DNA from: a bacterium
GTDB lineage: Bacteria; Electryoneota; Electryoneia; Electryoneales; Electryoneaceae
Reading direction: 5' to 3'
NCBI GenBank assembly: GCA_963675295.2
Contig: CAXXKJ010000002.1
Coordinates: forward strand, 3,328,001-3,392,000
Length of the DNA stretch: 64,000 nucleotides
The number at the start of each line of letters is the position of its first letter. Position 1 is the first letter of the stretch. The position numbers and the translations under genes are program-made. Below, piece after piece: positions 57,659-64,000 of this stretch. A model generated the notes under the pieces. That model had not been told where the DNA came from, did not search any database, and worked only from the letters and a program-made list of their open reading frames with translations.

Positions 57659-60508
57659 TTAGAATGAAAGGCTCACGCCGAGTTTGACCTGACGGGGCGC
57701 GCTGTACCAATCGGTGCGCGTGAAGTAGTCATCCAGCGAGTTTACCCCGCGCACACTCACCGGCTGCGTCGATTCAATGGTGTAGGTCGCTCGTCCCGTA
57801 TCCGTGTACACGTCGTTCTCGTTCTTTGTGTCGAACACGTTATACACCGACAGGATCACGGCGGCCTGCATCCGGTCGTTGATCGGGAACTGTTTTACCG
57901 CCTTGAGGTCAACGCTGTGCCGGACCGGTTTGCGCGAATCGTTCTCTTCGCCTTCCGGCGCCAGCCACGGGTTCGAGGTGTACGGCAGGCCGCTGCCCAG
58001 GCGTCCGATCAATCCCACCTGCCAGCTGCCGGGCTCGCCGATGGTCAGGGTGCCGTTCAGGGTATGGGTCTGGTCCCAGTCCAGCGGACGCACCTTCTTT
58101 TCCACCTCGCGCGGCGGATCGGTCTGGTTGTCGTAGAACGCGTCCAGCGGATCGCTGCTGTTGCCTTCCGCGATCTGGTAGGTGTAATCGACACCGAACG
58201 AGAAGCCGTCGATCATGCGGCGGTTGAAGGATAGCGTCAACCCGCGCACATTTCCGTAATCCTTGTTGATGTACCGGGCGTACATCGTTTGATCGTACTG
58301 CGTTTGGAGTTCGACACCCAGCAGGTTGCGAATATCCTTGTAGAACCCGGTTACTTCCATCCCGAGGTCGGGCGTGATCGCCTGCCGGAAGCCGATTTCA
58401 TACATCACCGTCTTCTGCGGCTTCAGCTCGGCGTTTCCGATGATCGTTGACAGGTTGCCCGAAACGACTTCGAAATCCGGATTGTAGTACAGGTACTGGA
58501 ATGGCGGCACCTGAAAGAAGTGCCCGTAGCTGAAGTGGATTACTCCGGACTCAGTCAACGGGAAGGCGACACCGATTCGCGGGCTGAACTGCGTGTGCCC
58601 CTTCGCCTGGCGGTACTTGTAGTGCCAGTAGTTGTAGCTGCCGTCTTCGTTGGTCGGGTTCACCGGATCCAACCCGTCCACGTTCTGGCCCGTGTTGTAA
58701 TCGTAGATCGACAGCAGGTCATTGCCGGGGTCCTTCAGGTCGGTCGGCACCAGCGCGTCCGGGTGGAAGTAATCGAGACGCACGCCGAGATTCACCACCA
58801 TCGACTTGTATTCGATCTTGTCCTGCAGGTAGCTGGCGAAACTCAGCGGCCGGTGGCCCTTATCGTCGAACGGAAATCCGCCGAGCGGGCTATCCGCATC
58901 GCCACCGGGGTAGGTGTTGAAGTAGACTGACTGCCGTTCGATCACCTGGCGGTCGAGGTCATCATCCCAGATCAGCTTGAACTCGCGCAGTTCCATCTGA
59001 TACTGCGACAGGTCGAGGCCGAACTTGAACTGATTCAGACGGTCAAGTTGATGATTCAGGTCGAACTTGAGTCCGGCCTTCCGCGTTTTCCGCCAGTGGT
59101 TCCACATCCCCTGCCCGCCGGTGTAGAACGCGTAGTTCTGTGCGTCCTCCAGCCGGTCCGGGTTGACATACGCCGGATCAAAGGGATCTTCGTGGACATA
59201 GTAGCGGTGTTCGTTCTCGGTGTACGACAGGTTGAGGTTGTAGAACGTGCGCGAACCGAGCACATGGTTGATCCCGAGCACGTTGTTCCAGCCCTCGCTG
59301 AAGCGGTAGTACAAGCCGTCCGGATTGTACTTGAACAAGCGCGGATCTTCGAACGTTTCGTCGGAACGGCCGTCCAGGTTGCGGAACTCGATGTGGTCGC
59401 GCATGAACGAATACGTCAGCTTCAATTCCGGCGTCATGAACCAGCTCAGCTTCAGCTGGCCGCTGAGTTTGTCGAGCGGATTCAGGCTGACAAGCTCCTC
59501 GTCGCCGCTGGATTCGACGTACCACTCATCCGGGTTGGTGCTGGAGAAATCGCTGGAATCCGAGGGCACAAAAACCCGTTCGCCATAGAGATGTCCGTTG
59601 TCGGACAACATCCGGCCGGTGGCGAAAAAGGTCACCCTGTCATTGGTGAACGGGACCGGTCCATCGAGGCTCAGCTTGTAATCCTGCAGGTGGCCGGCGC
59701 TGAGATCGTCCATCCACGTCTCGCCCTGGTTCGGTCCGAGACCGATGTCGAGCGAGCGGGTGGAAACGTAGTCGCCGATGGCCATCTGCACCGAGCCTCC
59801 GTACTCCTTCCGGCTGCCATCCTTGGTCACCACGTTGACCACGCCGCTCATCGCCTGGCCGTATTCGGCGTTGAACGTACCGGCGATCACCTGGATTTCC
59901 TGGATCGCGGCGTTCTCAACCTGGTTGGACGTTTCCCGTCCAAACGGGTCGCCGGCGCTGTAAGGGTCGGAGATGATGACGCCGTCCACCATGTACACCA
60001 CTTCGCTCGACCGGCCGCCACGGAAGTGTCCATCGACAACACCGGCCTGCAGCTGGACGACATCGCCGAAGTTTTCCGCCGGGATCGCTTCGATCTCCTC
60101 CGATCCGACCGAGACTTCGGTTGAGGTGACGTCCATCCTGACCACCGGTTTTTCCGCGATCAGGGTCACCGCCTCAGCTTGGATGGCCTGCGACTGCAAC
60201 TCCACGTTGAGGGTCACCGTCCGGTCGATGGATACCTGCACGTTCGACAGTTCCAGCGTGTTGTAGCCGAGGTAACTGTAGCGAACGGTGTAGGTTCCGG
60301 GGGACACGTTGAGAATGATGTACTCACCGTCGAGATCGGTCGTACCTCCGCGGTACGTGTCGACCACGAGCACATTGGCTCCGATGATCGGTTCTCCAGT
60401 CTCGGCATCTATGACGGTACCGGCAATTTTGCCGGTGGTACCCGCGAACACGGACACCAGCGGTAACATTGCAACCAGTACCAGGATGGGGATGAGTTTT
60501 CGTTTCAT
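57659..60508 (-). CDS. TonB-dependent receptor
   Basis: GKIAGTVIDAETGEPIIGANV, RGGRSSE, GTFNAEYGQAMSGVVN.VTK, FSPRIG, PRQVKLGVSLSF. Confidence 0.92.
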   Translation of the reverse strand: MKRKLIPILVLVAMLPLVSVFAGTTGKIAGTVIDAETGEPIIGANVLVVDTYRGGTTDLDGEYIILNVSPGTYTVRYSYLGYNTLELSNVQVSIDRTVTLNVELQSQAIQAEAVTLIAEKPVVRMDVTSTEVSVGSEEIEAIPAENFGDVVQLQAGVVDGHFRGGRSSEVVYMVDGVIISDPYSAGDPFGRETSNQVENAAIQEIQVIAGTFNAEYGQAMSGVVNVVTKDGSRKEYGGSVQMAIGDYVSTRSLDIGLGPNQGETWMDDLSAGHLQDYKLSLDGPVPFTNDRVTFFATGRMLSDNGHLYGERVFVPSDSSDFSSTNPDEWYVESSGDEELVSLNPLDKLSGQLKLSWFMTPELKLTYSFMRDHIEFRNLDGRSDETFEDPRLFKYNPDGLYYRFSEGWNNVLGINHVLGSRTFYNLNLSYTENEHRYYVHEDPFDPAYVNPDRLEDAQNYAFYTGGQGMWNHWRKTRKAGLKFDLNHQLDRLNQFKFGLDLSQYQMELREFKLIWDDDLDRQVIERQSVYFNTYPGGDADSPLGGFPFDDKGHRPLSFASYLQDKIEYKSMVVNLGVRLDYFHPDALVPTDLKDPGNDLLSIYDYNTGQNVDGLDPVNPTNEDGSYNYWHYKYRQAKGHTQFSPRIGVAFPLTESGVIHFSYGHFFQVPPFQYLYYNPDFEVVSGNLSTIIGNAELKPQKTVMYEIGFRQAITPDLGMEVTGFYKDIRNLLGVELQTQYDQTMYARYINKDYGNVRGLTLSFNRRMIDGFSFGVDYTYQIAEGNSSDPLDAFYDNQTDPPREVEKKVRPLDWDQTHTLNGTLTIGEPGSWQVGLIGRLGSGLPYTSNPWLAPEGEENDSRKPVRHSVDLKAVKQFPINDRMQAAVILSVYNVFDTKNENDVYTDTGRATYTIESTQPVSVRGVNSLDDYFTRTDWYSAPRQVKLGVSLSF

Positions 60509-60536
60509 CGCAACCCCCTCGTTGGTCCAGCAACGG

Positions 60537-60572
60537 AAAAGCCCCGGGCGGGAACATCCATTCCCGCCCGGG
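60537..60572 (-). terminator. Intrinsic terminator/stabilising hairpin
   Basis: Stem cccgggcgggaa / ttcccgcccggg (60543-60572), followed on the minus strand by gctttt. Confidence 0.7.
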
Positions 60573-60592
60573 TTCAGCGTGCATGCAACAGC

Positions 60593-63061
60593 TTACTTGA
60601 TGTAGGTCATCTTGCGAATCTGGGCGCCTTCGGTCGTGTTCAACCGGTAGAAATAGACGCCGGACGCAGTCATGCCCAACTCATCCGCGTTCACCGCTAC
60701 CTGGTGCAGACCAGCCGTGAGGCGGTCATCCACCAGACGCGCGATGCGGCGGCCGAGCAGGTCGTAAATCTCGAGCTGCACCTTGCCGGGCGTCGGCAGG
60801 TTGAACTCGATCACCGACTGCGCGTTGAACGGATTCGGATAGTTCTGCGCGAGCTTGACCTCGCTCGGCAGGTTTGCCGGACCCTGGCCCACGGCGAACG
60901 GCGGTTCGTCGACGCCGGTATTCACAACATCCATCGGGAAAATGTGGAAGTTGTCATACCACACTTCACCCTGAACGAGGGAGTTGAAACGTGCGCGGAT
61001 GCTGGCGCCGGTCGCATCGCTCGGAGCCATCGCCACCGCGCGGTAGACGTTCCAGCCCGGCGTAATTTCACGCTGCTGGAAGTAGACGAACTGGTCGCCA
61101 CCCGTCAGGTTCCACGAATTCTCGATGTCACCGTTGTGGAAGAAGTAGCAGATGTTGGCACGATCCGCGATGTTTTCGTACATCACCGGGGATGGCCACA
61201 GGTTGTTGTCCATCGGAGCGATATCAGCGATCTTCACCGCCGCTTCAAACAGGTAGTACATGTCCGGTTCAACCGCAGCCGGCGTGCTGTAGAACACCAT
61301 CTCGTCGCCGAGATCGTCGTTCTCGATCAGCTTCGCGACATAGTCACCACTGTACGCGCCACTTTCCATCGAGTAATCCGCTACACCAACATCACCTTCG
61401 CTGGCCCAATGCATCCATCCGTTCGGCGTTTCGAAATCACTGCCGAACGCACCCGCGGTCCACGGATCGGACCCGAGATTGACGTCATCGAAGTAGACCG
61501 TACCGGTCGCGTCTGTACCCATCATCAATTCGATGTAGCACTGCGCCGGGGCTTCGGTGAGCAGCACCTGGCTGGTCGCTTCATGCCAGTCCATGCTCGC
61601 CGCAGACTGATCCGCCGCCACGAACACCGGATCGACGATATCGTTGCCACCGGCATCCTGGAAGTGGTACATCACGCCGATCATCTCATCCTGGTTCGCC
61701 GGATCGGTGTTCACGCCATCCGTCATCATCCAGGCGCTGAGGTCGTACAGCACGGCGTCCATGTTGTTCCAGAACGTCGTCGCCTGGTTCTCAGACATCC
61801 AGGAAGCCACGCCGGTGCCGGTCTTGGAGATCATCGCGGAACGGTTGCCCATGTGCGCTTCGGCGTCCGTCCACACCAGATCGCCGTTCATTTCGCCTTC
61901 AGCGTAGAAGAATGGGCTGTTGTCTTCCAGGTCACCGTTGACAAGCAGGTCCGCGTCGCCGTGATCCAGCTGCACGCAAGAGAAGTTGTCGAAGTAGACG
62001 GTACCTTCCACCGTCGAATTGAACCGTGCACGCATCGAGAAGCCGGTCGCCTCGACAGGGGATTTCGAGATGGTCCAGTACATCGACCAGCCATCACTCA
62101 TCGCAACCCGTTGATCGAAGTACATGAACTGGTCGCCACCGGTCAGGTTCCATCCTTCCCAGATGTTGCCCGTGTGGTAGAAGAAGCACAGGTTCGCACG
62201 ATCGCCGATGTTCTCACCGACCTGGCTGGTCTGGTAATACATCTCGTTCGTGTTCATGTCTTCGGTCTTGACCATCACGCTGATCAGGTACCAGTGCCCC
62301 GCGTAGACCGGAGTCGGCTCCGAGTAGAACACCATCTCGTCGCCGTCGCTGTCGCCTTCCATAAGCTTCGCGACATACTCACCGCTGTACGCGTCGTCGC
62401 TCCACACCTGTTCCGCGAAACCGTTGTCGCCGTCCGACCAGCTCATCCAGCCGGCGGGCTCTTCCATGCTACCGGCGAAGATGCCGGCGGTCCACGGATC
62501 CGAGCTCAGGTCGACCATGTCGTACCACGCGGTACCGGTCGCATCGCCACCCATCCAGCAGTAGATGATCACTTCCGCCGGTTCCTCGGTCAGCAGCACG
62601 TCCGCGGTCACTTCGTGCCAGTCCATCGTCGCGGCAGACTGGTCCGCATACAACGCGAGCGGGCTGACGATGTCGTTGCCGTCCCCATCCTTGAATGTGA
62701 ACGTCACCGCGACACGGTGGCCGTCATCACTCGGATTGACCGGTACGTTTGCGGTCTTGAAGTGCGCGGTCAGGGTGTAGAACACGGCGTCCACGTTGTT
62801 CCAGTACAGGTTGGCGTTGTTCGCGCTCATCCAGGACGCCGACGCACCCGCGTTCGGCTTGTCGATCTTCAGGGACTTGTTGCCCATGTAGGCTTCGGTC
62901 CAGTCCCAGATCAGGTCGCCACCGGTTTCGTTCTCATACCAGAACGCCGGCGACAGATCTTCGAGGTCACCATTTTCGATGAGGTTCTGCGCGACCGCTG
63001 CCGACGCTACCATCATCATCATGATGACCAACATCCAGACAACATGCTTTCTCAAAAACAT
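60593..63061 (-). CDS. Secreted protein with duplicated CBM4/9-like modules and T9SS type A sorting domain
   Basis: Two homologous ~350-aa halves (NGDLED.SP.F, DPWTAG.F, DEMVFYS.P, WNLTGGDQF.YF); AQNYPNPFN..SGVYFYRL; start 63061 with GGAGG upstream. Confidence 0.85.
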   Translation of the reverse strand: MFLRKHVVWMLVIMMMMVASAAVAQNLIENGDLEDLSPAFWYENETGGDLIWDWTEAYMGNKSLKIDKPNAGASASWMSANNANLYWNNVDAVFYTLTAHFKTANVPVNPSDDGHRVAVTFTFKDGDGNDIVSPLALYADQSAATMDWHEVTADVLLTEEPAEVIIYCWMGGDATGTAWYDMVDLSSDPWTAGIFAGSMEEPAGWMSWSDGDNGFAEQVWSDDAYSGEYVAKLMEGDSDGDEMVFYSEPTPVYAGHWYLISVMVKTEDMNTNEMYYQTSQVGENIGDRANLCFFYHTGNIWEGWNLTGGDQFMYFDQRVAMSDGWSMYWTISKSPVEATGFSMRARFNSTVEGTVYFDNFSCVQLDHGDADLLVNGDLEDNSPFFYAEGEMNGDLVWTDAEAHMGNRSAMISKTGTGVASWMSENQATTFWNNMDAVLYDLSAWMMTDGVNTDPANQDEMIGVMYHFQDAGGNDIVDPVFVAADQSAASMDWHEATSQVLLTEAPAQCYIELMMGTDATGTVYFDDVNLGSDPWTAGAFGSDFETPNGWMHWASEGDVGVADYSMESGAYSGDYVAKLIENDDLGDEMVFYSTPAAVEPDMYYLFEAAVKIADIAPMDNNLWPSPVMYENIADRANICYFFHNGDIENSWNLTGGDQFVYFQQREITPGWNVYRAVAMAPSDATGASIRARFNSLVQGEVWYDNFHIFPMDVVNTGVDEPPFAVGQGPANLPSEVKLAQNYPNPFNAQSVIEFNLPTPGKVQLEIYDLLGRRIARLVDDRLTAGLHQVAVNADELGMTASGVYFYRLNTTEGAQIRKMTYIK

Positions 63062-63125
63062 TGTCTCTTTCCTCCTGCTTGCCACCCTTTTCTCGGGGTC
63101 GTTTTTTTACATCCAACGGTTTGGT

Positions 63126-64000
63126 TCAGTTGGTTGAGTCCGTTTCGGATCTATCGTCAATCGTTAAACTCCACGTGTTCGCTGCGTTTGTCAGCGAGAT
63201 AACTTCGTCGCTCGGCGTGACAAATCGTGCGGCCTCACCCGTGCCTGCTTCTACGCGTCTTGCCAGCGCGGCCTGGCGAGCCTGCGGGATGCTCCGCAGT
63301 TCCTGCAACGCCAGCAGCCCTTCAATCGTCGATTCCGCGCCGGAATTACGGTTGATCTCGTGAGGGTTGTTGATGCCGTCGTATACGCGGCCGGTTGCCG
63401 GGTCGTATACCGCCGCACCCGCCGGATTCAGGCCCACCAGCCACCCGGCGGCAAGCCCGCAACCCACGGCGAACATTTCGTCACCCGTGATTTCGTACAG
63501 CGCGCGCTGGCAGGCTGCCAGCGAGTTTGCGCCATAGGCGATCTGTGAATACCAGCCGACATCGACGGTGTCACCGTCCTCGATCTTGAACTCGATCGGG
63601 CCGTTGTTCGCCAGCAGCATGCGTTGGAAGTTCGCAGCTTCGTCCCGGGCGGTTTCGATCCACTCCGGACGACTCATCGCCTGCCCGGCATAGGCCAACG
63701 CCTCCACCTGCTGCATTCCCCACTGGTGCCAGACATTACGCCAGCTCAGGTGCACGCGATACGGGAAGGCGTCACTGCCCGCGAACGTATTCTCATGGAT
63801 CCGTTCGGCGAGATGCACGATCAGCGAATCCTCGGCCGGCGATCTGGCAATTTTCCTGCGTTCGAGCAGCGCCAATGTGAACAGCGCGGCGATGTCGGAA
63901 CCAGCGTCGATTCCGATGGCGCTGCGGCGGTGGATGAACTCAATCGTGAGATTTTCGATCGTGGGTGCCACCGCGGTATCGATTTCGTGAACGAATTCCG
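63126..64000 (-). CDS. C-terminal part of an (alpha/alpha)-barrel glycoside hydrolase-like protein (5' end outside window)
   Basis: GWLVGLN....VYDPATGRVYDG......NRNSGAESTIE motif. Confidence 0.6.
   Translation of the reverse strand, partial: EFVHEIDTAVAPTIENLTIEFIHRRSAIGIDAGSDIAALFTLALLERRKIARSPAEDSLIVHLAERIHENTFAGSDAFPYRVHLSWRNVWHQWGMQQVEALAYAGQAMSRPEWIETARDEAANFQRMLLANNGPIEFKIEDGDTVDVGWYSQIAYGANSLAACQRALYEITGDEMFAVGCGLAAGWLVGLNPAGAAVYDPATGRVYDGINNPHEINRNSGAESTIEGLLALQELRSIPQARQAALARRVEAGTGEAARFVTPSDEVISLTNAANTWSLTIDDRSETDSTN

Noticed and set aside
60704-63202. 832-aa plus-strand ORF, and similar long antisense ORFs (4890-5804, 53340-54362, 59048-60124)
   Set aside because: Shadow frames opposite well-supported genes in high-GC3 DNA; no motifs.

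Overview
The window has two parts. Positions 1 to ~49.6 kb are a lower-GC composite genomic island whose right end is a 3' tRNA-Lys(TTT)-like fragment (att copy, 49543-49591). From 49.7 kb on is a higher-GC host locus resembling a polysaccharide-utilisation cluster (TonB-dependent receptor, PorV/PorQ-family protein, T9SS-type C-terminal sorting-domain proteins; an FCB-group host is inferred). A diverged 216-bp att-arm sequence occurs twice (25883-26098 and 49331-49546), splitting the island into two tandem units. Unit 1 carries an HTH/PC4-like/TOPRIM-DUF3987 replication module, a type I R-M system with an embedded GIY-YIG + cold-shock gene, a DUF4238 gene, an SNF2 helicase / actin-fold ATPase / nuclease-RecQ (split by IS30) / coiled-coil-TM cluster, and a MerR + vWA-double-aspartic-protease pair. 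Unit 2 carries the most striking feature: a ~22 kb co-oriented cluster of six paralogous Hanks-type Ser/Thr kinases that share a conserved kinase domain but have different AT-rich C-terminal modules. With them are a PP2C phosphatase, an FHA protein, a vWA-TM-FHA protein, an M48 peptidase, a LEA_2 lipoprotein, an FHA-FHA-ABC transporter and, downstream, McrBC. This looks like a polymorphic phospho-signalling (threat-sensing) system on a defence island. All domain calls are motif recognition by eye; no searches were run.
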